Part shown: piece by piece, positions 1-8,761 of the stretch
How positions within the stretch are numbered: the stretch's first letter is position 1
How the letters are laid out: the number at the start of each line of letters is the position of its first letter
NCBI GenBank assembly: GCA_035762665.1
Contig: DASTNZ010000040.1
Coordinates: 15,060-79,059, forward strand
Length of the DNA stretch: 64,000 bases
Direction of reading: 5' to 3'
Origin: Jiangellaceae bacterium
GTDB taxonomy: Bacteria; Actinomycetota; Actinomycetes; Jiangellales; Jiangellaceae
Program-made: the position numbers and the translations under genes
The notes under the pieces: model-generated
What the model saw: the letters and a program-made list of their open reading frames with translations, nothing else
Told to the model about the DNA's origin: nothing
Databases searched by the model: none

Positions 1-1
1 A

Positions 2-91
2 GAACTGAGCCGGTCAACCGGCAGCCGGCGGTGGCGGCTCTTGGGGTCCGCCGTCCACCGCCGGCTCGCTCAGCCGACGAAGAAGGGCTAG
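2..91 (+). CDS. 3' end of an upstream gene (partial); possibly the solute-binding component of the adjacent ABC importer
   Basis: Frame is open from the window edge to TAG at 89-91 with strong G/C bias at codon position 3. The stop lies 3 nt before the GTG of the first permease. Function is guessed from operon position only. Confidence 0.3.
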   Translation, partial: ELSRSTGSRRWRLLGSAVHRRLAQPTKKG

Positions 92-94
92 TTC

Positions 95-1105
95 GTGGGG
101 CGTTATGTCATCAGGCGGTTGCTGCAGTTCCTCCCGACCGTGTTAGGTGCGCTGTTCTTGCTGCACTACCTCACCTCGGTCGCCATTCAGCTCACCGGCA
201 ACCCGGTCCGTGCGCTGTTCGGTGACCGGATGCCGCCGGAGTCGGTGCTGCAGAATCTGACGGAGCGCCTCGGTCTTGGTGATCCGTGCTTGGAGCAGGC
301 TTTCAGCCCCTGCCTGAGCTTGTTCGGGCAACGGCTGGAGTCGATCTTTCTGCACTTCGATTTCGGAACCAACTTCAACGAGCGACCGGTGATCGACATC
401 GTCGCCGACGCCATGCCCTACACCATCCGATTGACGCTGATCGCGATCACATTTGAGCTCATCGTCGGCATCGCGGCAGGGGTACTGGCGGGGTTGCGGA
501 ATGGCGGCTTCTGGGACTACCTGCTGAAGATCTCCACCGTCCTGGTGATCGCCGTACCGGTCATCGTCCTCGGCGTGATCATCCGCGATTTCCTCAACGT
601 CGGCTTCGGCAACTGGCTGCGCAGTCTCGACGCTGTGCCGGACATCATCTCTCGGGGCGTGTTCGCACCGACCTGGACGCCGGCGTACCCGTGGGCCAGC
701 CTGGTCATTCCCGGTCTAGTGCTCGGCTCGTTAACGCTGGCCACTACCGCGCGGCTGACCCGGTCGAGCCTGCTGGAGAACGTGCGTTCCGACTACGTGC
801 GCACCGCTTCGGCCAAGGGACTGGGTCGGCGGCGCGTTGTCGGCATCCACACGCTGCGGAACTCCCTCATCCCGGTCATCACGGTCATCGGCACTGACAT
901 TGGTGCCCTGATGGGTGGCGCGGTCGTCACTGAGGGGATCTTCAACGTGCCAGGGATCGGCCGCCAGGTGTTCGCCTCGATCTTCACCGGTGAGACGACG
1001 GTAGTGATCGGCATCGTCACTTTACTGGTGCTCGTCTACCTGGTCGCCAGCTTGATCGTCGATCTGCTGTACGCCGTCCTCGACCCAAGGATCCGTTATG
1101 ACTGA
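95..1105 (+). CDS. ABC transporter permease, DppB/OppB (peptide/nickel) family
   Basis: 336 aa with multiple hydrophobic segments. N-terminus MGRYVIRRLLQFLPTVLG and the EAA-type loop DYVRTASAKGLGRRRVVGIHTLRNSLIPVIT are typical of DppB/OppB. Overlaps the next permease by 8 nt. Confidence 0.85.
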   Translation: MGRYVIRRLLQFLPTVLGALFLLHYLTSVAIQLTGNPVRALFGDRMPPESVLQNLTERLGLGDPCLEQAFSPCLSLFGQRLESIFLHFDFGTNFNERPVIDIVADAMPYTIRLTLIAITFELIVGIAAGVLAGLRNGGFWDYLLKISTVLVIAVPVIVLGVIIRDFLNVGFGNWLRSLDAVPDIISRGVFAPTWTPAYPWASLVIPGLVLGSLTLATTARLTRSSLLENVRSDYVRTASAKGLGRRRVVGIHTLRNSLIPVITVIGTDIGALMGGAVVTEGIFNVPGIGRQVFASIFTGETTVVIGIVTLLVLVYLVASLIVDLLYAVLDPRIRYD

Positions 1106-2066
1106 TCCAACCACCACAGGCGTGTCGGTCGGCACCCACGCCCCCAGCCGGCCGGGACGAGAGGCCGGGCCCGACCTCACGTCTGCTCCCTCGGGCGGCC
1201 TTCCGAGCGAGCAGCGTGAGGCGGGCCTGGCCGCTGACGCCTGGCGGCAACTCCGCCGCAAGCCCAACTTCGTGATCTCTACGGTGTTCATCCTGATCGT
1301 GACGTCGATGGCTGTCGTTCCCAGTCTCTGGACCAGCAAGGATCCGCTGGCGTGCACTGTCAGCGGCGGACTGTCTCGAAACCCGCCGAGCGCCGAACAC
1401 TGGTTCGGCACCAGCATCCTGGGCTGTGACTACTACGCTCAGGCGATTTACGGCGCGCGAACGTCCATGCTGATCGCACTGGTCGCGACCATCGGGATCA
1501 CTGTCGTCGGTGGGACGATCGGCATGCTGGCCGGTTTCTTCGGAGGCTGGACCGACACGATCCTGTCCAGGGCGACCGACATATTTCTCGGCCTGCCGTT
1601 CCTACTCGGCGCAATTGTCTTCCTGACCATCCTGAAGAATCGAAACGAGTGGACACTCGCCGCCGCGCTGATCGCGCTGGGCTGGACGGTCATCGCGCGC
1701 ATCATGCGGGCCAGCGTCCTGTCGTCCAAGCACCTCGACTACGTTCAAGCGGCTCGGGCGCTCGGCGCGGGGCGGCGGCGGCTGATCGCTCGGCACATCC
1801 TCCCCAACGCCGTCGCGCCGGTGGTGGTCTACGGGACGATTGCCCTCGGTGCGTTCGTCTCGGCAGAGGCGACGTTGACCTTCCTCGGGGTGGGGCTGCA
1901 ACCACCGGCCGTGTCCTGGGGTGTCATGATCGACCAGCACGACGGGTACTACCACGAAGATCCGTGGCTGCTCGCTTTCCCCGTCGCATTCGTCGTCGGA
2001 ACCGTGTTGTCCTTCGTCCTCGTTGGGGACGCGCTGCGCGACGCCCTAGACCCTAAGCTGCGCTGA
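1098..2066 (+). CDS. ABC transporter permease, DppC/OppC family
   Basis: 322 aa. Conserved loop LDYVQAARALGAGRRRLIARHILPNAVAPVVV and C-terminal DALRDALDPKLR match DppC/OppC-type permeases. The Pro/Gly-rich N-terminal extension makes the exact start uncertain. Confidence 0.8.
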   Translation: MTDPTTTGVSVGTHAPSRPGREAGPDLTSAPSGGLPSEQREAGLAADAWRQLRRKPNFVISTVFILIVTSMAVVPSLWTSKDPLACTVSGGLSRNPPSAEHWFGTSILGCDYYAQAIYGARTSMLIALVATIGITVVGGTIGMLAGFFGGWTDTILSRATDIFLGLPFLLGAIVFLTILKNRNEWTLAAALIALGWTVIARIMRASVLSSKHLDYVQAARALGAGRRRLIARHILPNAVAPVVVYGTIALGAFVSAEATLTFLGVGLQPPAVSWGVMIDQHDGYYHEDPWLLAFPVAFVVGTVLSFVLVGDALRDALDPKLR

Positions 2067-2071
2067 GTGCG

Positions 2072-2488
2072 TCATTCAATCAGCGTCTTGATCGGCGTGG
2101 CGAGCTCGATGGTGCGGCTCACCGTGCACAGGCGATCATGAGACTTAGCCACCATGTCCGGCAGCACGGCCCGGGCCGCGTCGCCGGCATCGCCGTCCGG
2201 GAATCTCACTCGGAAGACGACCTCAAGGTTTTCCATCCGGTTGCCGGACTCGCCACGGATCTTGTCGCCCCTTGCCTCGACTTCGAACTCGTCGGGTTCG
2301 GCCCGTCGGCTGGTAAGCGCGTCGACGTCGGCCGCCGTGCAACCGGAAAGAGCGGTCAGCAGCAACTCGACGGGGCTGAATCCATCGTCGCCGCCAACGG
2401 CCAATTCCATGCCGCGGGCGTTCGTGGCGACGAATCGACCGGCCCCGATGCGGCGAATCGTCACCGCGCGCTTGGTGTCGTCAGTCAT
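2072..2488 (-). CDS. OsmC/Ohr family peroxiredoxin-like protein
   Basis: 138 aa. GFSPVELLLTALSGCTAADV and a later C in RLCTVSRT resemble the two conserved Cys regions of OsmC family proteins. Confidence 0.7.
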   Translation of the reverse strand: MTDDTKRAVTIRRIGAGRFVATNARGMELAVGGDDGFSPVELLLTALSGCTAADVDALTSRRAEPDEFEVEARGDKIRGESGNRMENLEVVFRVRFPDGDAGDAARAVLPDMVAKSHDRLCTVSRTIELATPIKTLIE

Positions 2489-2561
2489 ACAGCCACCTTG
2501 CCACGTGCCGTTTGCAGGCCTGTTGGCTACTGGTGCCCCTCACCCCAACGCTGCCCTCCTC

Positions 2562-2945
2562 TTATGGACCGCTGCCGTACGGCCGCGTAATGATCTCGAG
2601 GTTGTGACCGTTCGGATCCTCGAAGTACACCCCGCGCCCGCCGTCGTTCCTATTGATCTCGCCGGAACGCCGGTGAAAAGGATCGGCCCAGAACTCCAAG
2701 CCGCGTTCTTGAATCCGGCCGAAGATCACGTCGAAGTCTTCCTCGCCGACCAGGAACGCATAGTGCTGGCTTGTTATGCGTCCGGGGGATTCGAGAAAGT
2801 CAAGCGTCACGTTGTTCGCAGTCTCGACCGACATGAACGGACCGAACGGCACCGGCTCGGGCAGGCCGAGGATCTCGGCTATGAATCGCGCGGACGCCTC
2901 GTTGTCGCGGGACGCGATGATGGTGTGGTTGAGCTGGACTGCCAT
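2562..2945 (-). CDS. VOC (glyoxalase/bleomycin-resistance/dioxygenase) family protein
   Basis: MAVQLNHTIIASRDNEASARFIAEILGL ... YFEDPNGHNLEI is a typical VOC fold signature. The start was trimmed to the ATG at 2945, which is preceded by AGGAGAG. The track ORF extends to 2999. Confidence 0.7.
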   Translation of the reverse strand: MAVQLNHTIIASRDNEASARFIAEILGLPEPVPFGPFMSVETANNVTLDFLESPGRITSQHYAFLVGEEDFDVIFGRIQERGLEFWADPFHRRSGEINRNDGGRGVYFEDPNGHNLEIITRPYGSGP

Positions 2946-3025
2946 GACCTCTCCTTTCGTGCGCGTAGTCCCAGCGTGCCTGCTCGAGACGGTGATCACA
3001 CGGTCCTGGGCCGCCCCGGGTCGGG

Positions 3026-4627
3026 TCAGGCGTTGACCTGTACCGGTGTGGCGGCGACGGACTCCTGGCCGGTGGTGTCGTCCGCATCCAGGTGCTCCGA
3101 CACCGGTCGCAGGTGTCGCAGGGTTGCGACGGCGATCCCGGCCAAGACCACGGCGCTCACTCCGGCGAGGGCCGACGTCACGTGCATGCCGTGGACGAAC
3201 GCCTCGTGCGCGGCGGCCATCACGGTCGCCGCCAGCTCAGTCGGCAGTGCGCCCGACGCGATGGCGGCGCCACCCAGGGTGTCCTGCGCCGTCGCCATCT
3301 GATCGGCCAGGAGCACCGAATCAAGGGTCCGCCCGAGGTCACCTCGGTAGATGGCGACTCCGAGGCTGCCGAGTATCGAGATGCCCAGCGCGCCGCCGAA
3401 CTCGGCGCCGGTCTCCGAGATGCCCGATGCCGCGCCGGCCCGCTCCGGTGGGGCGGAACCCACGATGAGCTCGGTCGTCAGGCCGAAGACGGGGGCGAGG
3501 CCAATCGATATGATCAACGACGAGACCACGACGAGCGCCAGGCCGCTGGACGCGGACACCTGAGTCAGCAGGCCGAGCCCCACCGCGGCCAGGGCGAGCC
3601 CACCGGCGATCACGGTGGCCGGCCGGAACACCTGGACGATCCGGGGCCCGAGCTGAGAGCCGACGATGAACCCGAGGCCGGCAGGCATCGACCACACGCC
3701 GGCCTGCAACGGTGACAGCCCGAGCACCAACTGCAGGTATTGGGCGACGAACAGGAAGTAGCCGAAAGCGACGAACAACCCGAGGACGTTGATCGCCAAC
3801 GCGGATCTGAAAGCGGAAACCCGGAAGAGCCGCAGGTCGATCATCGGGTCCGGGTGTGTCAGCTGCCGGCGGGCGAATGCCACGGCAACTGTGAGCCCTA
3901 CCAGGATAGAGAGCGCGGCTACGCCATCGAACCCGTCCTGGGCCACTCGCTTGAGGCCATAGATCGCCGAAAGTACTGCAATCAGCGACATGCCCGCGCT
4001 CACCAGGTCGAGCCGGCCGGCGTTCGGGTCGCGGTATTCGGGCAGCACGATCGGGCCGAGCACGAGTAGAACCGCCATGACGGGGATAGCGAGCAGGAAG
4101 ACCGATCCCCACCAGAACGACTCAAGCAGGATGCCGCCGAAAACCGGGCCGACCGCCCCACCGGCCGAGAACGCGCCGATCCAGATGCCGATGGCGATGG
4201 ACCGTTGCCGAGCGTCGCGGAACATGTTGAAGATCAACGACAGCGTGGAGGGCGCGAGCGTGGCGCCGGCGATCCCGAGCAGGGCCCGGCTGACCATCAG
4301 CATCCCGGGTGAGGTGGAGAACGCGGCCAGCAGGGACACCGCACCGAACGCCCCCGCCCCGAGCAGTAGCAGCCGGCGCCGGCCGATCCGGTCTCCCAAC
4401 GTGCCCATCGTGATCAAGCACCCGGCGACCATAAAGCCGTAAATGTCAATGATCCAGAGCAGTTCGACGCTGCTTGGCTGCAAATCCGCACTGATCATCG
4501 GGACCGCCAGGTGCAGGACCGTCATGTCCATCGCGTACAGCAGGCAAGCCAGGGCTAGAACGGTGAGCCCTACCCATTCACGTCGGCCGGCACGCTGGTC
4601 GACCCCGGCACCCGTCGAGTCGTACAC
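3026..4627 (-). CDS. MFS transporter, DHA2 (EmrB/QacA-like, 14-TMS) drug:H+ antiporter family
   Basis: About 14 hydrophobic segments. LGDRIGRRRLLLLG (motif A-like) and a long C-terminal half match DHA2. GTG at 4627 follows GAAAGGA at good spacing. The alternative ATG at 4690 lacks an RBS, and the track ORF start at 4756 looks too long. Confidence 0.8.
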   Translation of the reverse strand: MYDSTGAGVDQRAGRREWVGLTVLALACLLYAMDMTVLHLAVPMISADLQPSSVELLWIIDIYGFMVAGCLITMGTLGDRIGRRRLLLLGAGAFGAVSLLAAFSTSPGMLMVSRALLGIAGATLAPSTLSLIFNMFRDARQRSIAIGIWIGAFSAGGAVGPVFGGILLESFWWGSVFLLAIPVMAVLLVLGPIVLPEYRDPNAGRLDLVSAGMSLIAVLSAIYGLKRVAQDGFDGVAALSILVGLTVAVAFARRQLTHPDPMIDLRLFRVSAFRSALAINVLGLFVAFGYFLFVAQYLQLVLGLSPLQAGVWSMPAGLGFIVGSQLGPRIVQVFRPATVIAGGLALAAVGLGLLTQVSASSGLALVVVSSLIISIGLAPVFGLTTELIVGSAPPERAGAASGISETGAEFGGALGISILGSLGVAIYRGDLGRTLDSVLLADQMATAQDTLGGAAIASGALPTELAATVMAAAHEAFVHGMHVTSALAGVSAVVLAGIAVATLRHLRPVSEHLDADDTTGQESVAATPVQVNA

Positions 4628-4882
4628 GGTAATTCCTTTCTCGAAATCGGCTGTTCGAGTGGTTAGACCCGGCAGGTGTCGAGAACTCATCGCCGGCTCG
4701 GATCGGCCGGCTGGTTGTACTGAGCTACGCCACAGGTGACGATCCGCCGGAATCATCGATCGATGAGTTACGGCAGGCGGATTGGTCAGTACAGGTGGAG
4801 GCTCCGTGTCAGCGCCGGCTCGGGAATGTCAGTGCCGGTCGGCATGCTGGACCTTGCAGGCACGCACAGACGGGAGAAAGTA

Positions 4883-5851
4883 GTGACTGATCACGCGATC
4901 CGGGCCGAGGGGCTGGTCAAGCGCTTCGGCGAGACGACCGCTCTCGACGGCGTCGATCTCCGCGTGCAGACGGGCACAGTGCTCGGCTTGCTCGGCCCGA
5001 ACGGCGCCGGCAAGACGACCGCCGTACGTGTATTGAGCACGCTGATCCGTCCGGACGCCGGGCGGGCCACAGTCGGCGGATACGACGTGCTGACCGAAGC
5101 CCACCGCGTCCGGCAGCTCATCGGCCTGACAGGGCAGTACGCGGCAGTCGACGAGATGTTGACCGGTGCCGAGAACCTGTTGCTCATCGGGCGGTTGCTC
5201 GGTATTCCCAAGGCGGATGCAAAGCAGCGCGCCGCGGAGCTGTTAACGCAATTCGACCTGACCGAGGCCGCCGATCGGGCGGCCAAGACCTACTCCGGCG
5301 GGATGCGGCGGCGGCTCGACCTGGCCGCGAGCCTGGTCGGGCGCCCGCCGCTGCTGTACCTCGACGAGCCAACGACGGGCCTGGACCCGCGGGCCCGCAT
5401 TGAGCTGTGGAATGTCATCCGCGGCATGGTGTCGGGCGGAGTCAGCGTTCTGCTCACCACCCAGTACCTCGATGAGGCGGACGAACTGGCCGACGAGATC
5501 ACGGTCATCGACCACGGCAGGGTCATCGCCACGGGTACTCCGGACGAACTCAAGGCCAAGACCGGTTCGCAGTCGCTGGCAGTTCGGCCCGAAGATGAGT
5601 CGCACGTGCCGATCGTCAGGTCGGTCGTCGGTGAGCTGGCAAATGCCACGCCGGAAATCGATGGCACCCGCATCACGGCACCCGTTTCCGATCCGACATT
5701 GCTGCCCGCGGTGGTCCGGCGGCTCGACGAGGCGGGCGTTGTGGTCACCGAGCTCACGCTGCGGAGTGCCACGTTGAACGAGGTGTTCCTGTCGCTTACC
5801 GGCCACCCGGCTGAGGACGGGGACGACACCAACAGTGAAGGGACGCAATGA
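4883..5851 (+). CDS. ABC transporter ATP-binding protein, DrrA-like (ABC-2 exporter)
   Basis: Walker A GLLGPNGAGKTT, signature YSGGMRRRL, Walker B LLYLDEPTTGLD. Start set to GTG 4883 after GGGAGAAAG; the upstream part of the track ORF is non-protein-like. Confidence 0.9.
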   Translation: MTDHAIRAEGLVKRFGETTALDGVDLRVQTGTVLGLLGPNGAGKTTAVRVLSTLIRPDAGRATVGGYDVLTEAHRVRQLIGLTGQYAAVDEMLTGAENLLLIGRLLGIPKADAKQRAAELLTQFDLTEAADRAAKTYSGGMRRRLDLAASLVGRPPLLYLDEPTTGLDPRARIELWNVIRGMVSGGVSVLLTTQYLDEADELADEITVIDHGRVIATGTPDELKAKTGSQSLAVRPEDESHVPIVRSVVGELANATPEIDGTRITAPVSDPTLLPAVVRRLDEAGVVVTELTLRSATLNEVFLSLTGHPAEDGDDTNSEGTQ

Positions 5852-6666
5852 TGACGACCGCAACGATCGCGGCACCGGCCGCCCGAGAGCTGAGCCACCG
5901 AGTCAGTCCGGCCGAAGGTCTTCGCCAAACCATGACTCTCGCTTGGCGCACGATCGTGCAGGTCCGCCATAACCCGTGGGAACTCGGTGACTTCAGCTTC
6001 CAGCCGATCCTGTTCGTCCTGATGTTCAACTTCGTGTTCGGCGGCGCCATCGCGGGCTCACCAGACGGGTACCTGCCCTATCTGCTGCCCGGCATCATCG
6101 TGATGAACATGCTGTTCGTCACGATGTATGTCGGCACGGGGCTGAACACAGACGTCACCAAGGGTGTCTTCGACCGGCTGCGCTCCCTGCCGATCGCGCG
6201 GTGGTCGCCTTTGGCCGGGCGGATAATCGCCGACCAGGTCAAGCAGGCATGGTCGATCTTCCTCATCGTGGCCATCGGTGTGCTGCTTGGTTTCCGGTTC
6301 CAGACCAACGCGCTCTCGGTGCTGGCGGCCGTGGCACTGCTGTTGCTGTTCGCTCTGGCGTTCTCGTGGGTGTCGGTGTTCGTCGGCATGATGGCGCGAG
6401 ACCCGGAGCAGGTGCAGATGGTCGGCTTCACCGCCTTGTTCCCGATCACGTTCGTCAGCAACGCATTCGTGCCTGCCGAGACCATGCCCAGCTGGCTTGA
6501 GGGATTCGTCAACGTCAACCCGGTGAGCCACCTGGCCGATGCGACACGCGGACTCATGCTCGGCGGGCCGGTTGCCGAACCGGCTACCTGGTCGTTGCTC
6601 TGGGCGGCAGGAATCGTGCTGGTATTTGCGCCGCTGTCGGTCTGGGCGTTCAAGCGGCGAGTGTAA
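5848..6666 (+). CDS. ABC-2 type transporter permease, DrrB-like
   Basis: 272 aa, 6 predicted TM segments, ATGA overlap with the ATPase gene. This is the typical DrrAB-type arrangement. Confidence 0.8.
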   Translation: MMTTATIAAPAARELSHRVSPAEGLRQTMTLAWRTIVQVRHNPWELGDFSFQPILFVLMFNFVFGGAIAGSPDGYLPYLLPGIIVMNMLFVTMYVGTGLNTDVTKGVFDRLRSLPIARWSPLAGRIIADQVKQAWSIFLIVAIGVLLGFRFQTNALSVLAAVALLLLFALAFSWVSVFVGMMARDPEQVQMVGFTALFPITFVSNAFVPAETMPSWLEGFVNVNPVSHLADATRGLMLGGPVAEPATWSLLWAAGIVLVFAPLSVWAFKRRV

Positions 6667-6667
6667 G

Positions 6668-6689
6668 CCGGGCGAGTTCACTCGCCTGG
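6668..6689. terminator. Short GC-rich hairpin after the ABC-2 permease (terminator-like, no U-tract)
   Basis: CCGGGCGAG-TTCA-CTCGCCTGG, a 9-bp stem with one G-U pair, starts 2 nt after the TAA stop. It lies between convergent genes. Confidence 0.3.
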
Positions 6690-6840
6690 TCGCGAGATCC
6701 CGCCAAGCGGCTGCGCTCGTTCGCCTCGGCGAACCTCGACTCGCCGAGAGCGGCGCGTGCGGCCGCTTCGACCGGCTGCGTCGGCTGGCGCCGGGATGTG
6801 CGCGCGCAGCTCGACGCTAGTACGGATGCGCGCTACTCGT

Positions 6841-7398
6841 TCACTCGTCACGCTGCCGCTCGAACAGGCCGCGGACGTACTGTGCCTGGCCGGCGTGCTG
6901 CATGCAGTCGTTGACGACGCTGACCAGCCGGACGCCGACAGTCACCGGCGGGTCGAACGACCGGTCGACAACCCTGTCGAGCTCGTCCGGATTGACGGTC
7001 GTCAGGTACTCGATGGTCCGATCCGCCACCGCATCGTGGTAGCCGAGCAGGGATGCGGGCGTGGCCGGACGGATCGCGGCCACTTGCTCGGACGTGTGGC
7101 CAAATCCAGTGTCATGCAGGTCGCCGGTGAAACCGAGCTGCTCGGCCCAGGGTCCGTTGTGCCACATCTGGACCCGCCCCGCGATCTCTGAAACGTGGTC
7201 GTCCTGGATCCGGGTCAGGTGCCAGACGAGCCAGGCGATGGAGTTGGCGTCCGCGTCCGGCCGGTAGGCTAGGCCGGCCGCGTCCAGCCCGTCGGCCGCC
7301 CTGTGCACGTCCTCACGGATCCGGCCGAACGCGTCGATAAGGATGTCCGAGGTGTCCACGGGCCCCACTCTCTCACTCCGGAGGTGACTGTCTACCAC
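6841..7398 (-). CDS. DinB family (mycothiol-dependent transferase-like) protein
   Basis: 185 aa. SIAWLVWHLTRIQDDHVSEI and the helical-bundle pattern are typical of DinB_2/mycothiol maleylpyruvate-isomerase N-terminal-like proteins. Confidence 0.6.
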   Translation of the reverse strand: MVDSHLRSERVGPVDTSDILIDAFGRIREDVHRAADGLDAAGLAYRPDADANSIAWLVWHLTRIQDDHVSEIAGRVQMWHNGPWAEQLGFTGDLHDTGFGHTSEQVAAIRPATPASLLGYHDAVADRTIEYLTTVNPDELDRVVDRSFDPPVTVGVRLVSVVNDCMQHAGQAQYVRGLFERQRDE

Positions 7399-7445
7399 GC
7401 CGGGCCGGCCGTCAGGGCGAACGCAAGCCTGGTACTGCCGCTGCG

Positions 7446-8654
7446 CTAGTGAAGGTGCTGTTCGGCGCGCTCAGCGAGCGATTCGCCGATCGCGAGCGAC
7501 GCGGTGGCTGCGGGAGAGGGCGCACTCAACACGTGCACGACCGGGCCGTGTTCCCGGATCAGGAAATCGTCCACGAGCCGGCCGTCGCGAAGCATGGCCT
7601 GGGCCCGGATGCCGGCCGGTCCACGCTTGAGGTGGTGGGCGTCGACGCCAGGCAAATACTGGGCGACCGCATGGGCGTACGAGCGTCGCGACAGCTCGTG
7701 GGCGAGTTCGGGCCAGGCGGCCCCGGCATGCCGGGCGGCGAACCGCCACAGCCCGCCGTACAGCAGGGCCGCCCGGGCGTCGCGCAGGTTGACGGAGGCG
7801 CGACCCCGCCCCTCCCGGTGCAGCGTGAGGAAGGCGTTGGGCCCGGCCCATACGGACCCGTCGATGCGCCTGGTGACGTGTACCCCGAGGAACGGGAATC
7901 GCGGGTCGGGTACAGGATAGACGTTGCCGCGGACGGCGTCGGCGACCGGGCCCGTGACCTCGTACCAGCTTCCGCGGAAGGGCACGATCCTGGCGTCGCC
8001 GGCCGCGTCACCGGCCAGCCGATCCGCCTGCACGCCTGCGCAGCAGATCGCGGCTCGTGCTCGAAGCACCCCTCGGGCCCCGCGGACCTCGAGCCCTGCG
8101 TTTCCGGTGGGCTCGACCTCGGACACCGGCCAGCTCAGCGTGACGGCGCCGCCAGCATCGACCACGTCGGCGGCAAGCGCCCTACAAACCGCGGTGAAGT
8201 CGATAACCGCTGTAGTCGGCGACCACAGCGCCGCGACGCCGCGAACTGTGGGCTCACGCTCGCGCAACTCGGCGGCGTCGATGAGCCGAGCGCCCGGGAC
8301 GCCGTTCGCGGCCGACCGCTCCGCCAGGGCGTGCAGGCGGTCGAGCTCAGTGGGGCTTGTCGCGATCACCACTTTGCCGTTGGTCAGAACGGGAATGCCT
8401 CGGTCGGCCGCATACTTCTCCAACTGCTGCTTGCCGCGCCGACACAGCTGGGCCTTCAACGAGCCGGGTGCGTAGTAGATGCCGGCATGCAGCACCCCCG
8501 AGTTGTGGCTGCTTTGATGGCGGGCCAAGTCGGGTTCCTTGTCGACCACGACAACTCGCAGGCCGGGCCGTCGGCGAACTAGCTGCCAGGCAGTGGCAAG
8601 GCCGACGATGCCGGCCCCGACGATCGCAACGTCGCACCGTTCGTCTGCTGTCAT
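7446..8654 (-). CDS. lhgO: L-2-hydroxyglutarate oxidase / FAD-dependent oxidoreductase
   Basis: N-terminal Rossmann motif DVAIVGAGIVGLATAWQL, then SSHNSGVLHAGIYYAPGSLKAQLCRRG, which I recognise as LhgO-like. 402 aa. Confidence 0.75.
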   Translation of the reverse strand: MTADERCDVAIVGAGIVGLATAWQLVRRRPGLRVVVVDKEPDLARHQSSHNSGVLHAGIYYAPGSLKAQLCRRGKQQLEKYAADRGIPVLTNGKVVIATSPTELDRLHALAERSAANGVPGARLIDAAELREREPTVRGVAALWSPTTAVIDFTAVCRALAADVVDAGGAVTLSWPVSEVEPTGNAGLEVRGARGVLRARAAICCAGVQADRLAGDAAGDARIVPFRGSWYEVTGPVADAVRGNVYPVPDPRFPFLGVHVTRRIDGSVWAGPNAFLTLHREGRGRASVNLRDARAALLYGGLWRFAARHAGAAWPELAHELSRRSYAHAVAQYLPGVDAHHLKRGPAGIRAQAMLRDGRLVDDFLIREHGPVVHVLSAPSPAATASLAIGESLAERAEQHLH

Positions 8655-8761
8655 GGCTTGCGGCCGTTCCGGCCCAGGTATCGCGGGTGCACGTCGTGGA
8701 GGCTACTGCACGTCAATGGCGGTTCGGTTCTCGCGGTTCATCCGGTCGACGTCGGTCATGC

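Noticed and set aside
2154-3302. Long alternative-frame and antisense ORFs throughout the track. Examples: 2154-3302, 8357-9514, 16994-18040, 24901-26112, 29243-31153, 41681-42898 and 47229-48449.
   Set aside because: They overlap well-supported genes and translate to Arg/Pro/Gly/Ala-rich low-complexity strings with no motifs. They are the usual stop-codon-poor shadow frames of high-GC DNA.
6690-6840. Open minus-strand frame downstream of dinB with fairly high codon-3 G+C (…VEAAARAALGESRFAEANERSRLAG…).
   Set aside because: It has no start codon, is bounded by an in-frame TAG, and shows no recognisable motif. It is probably noise or a very old remnant.
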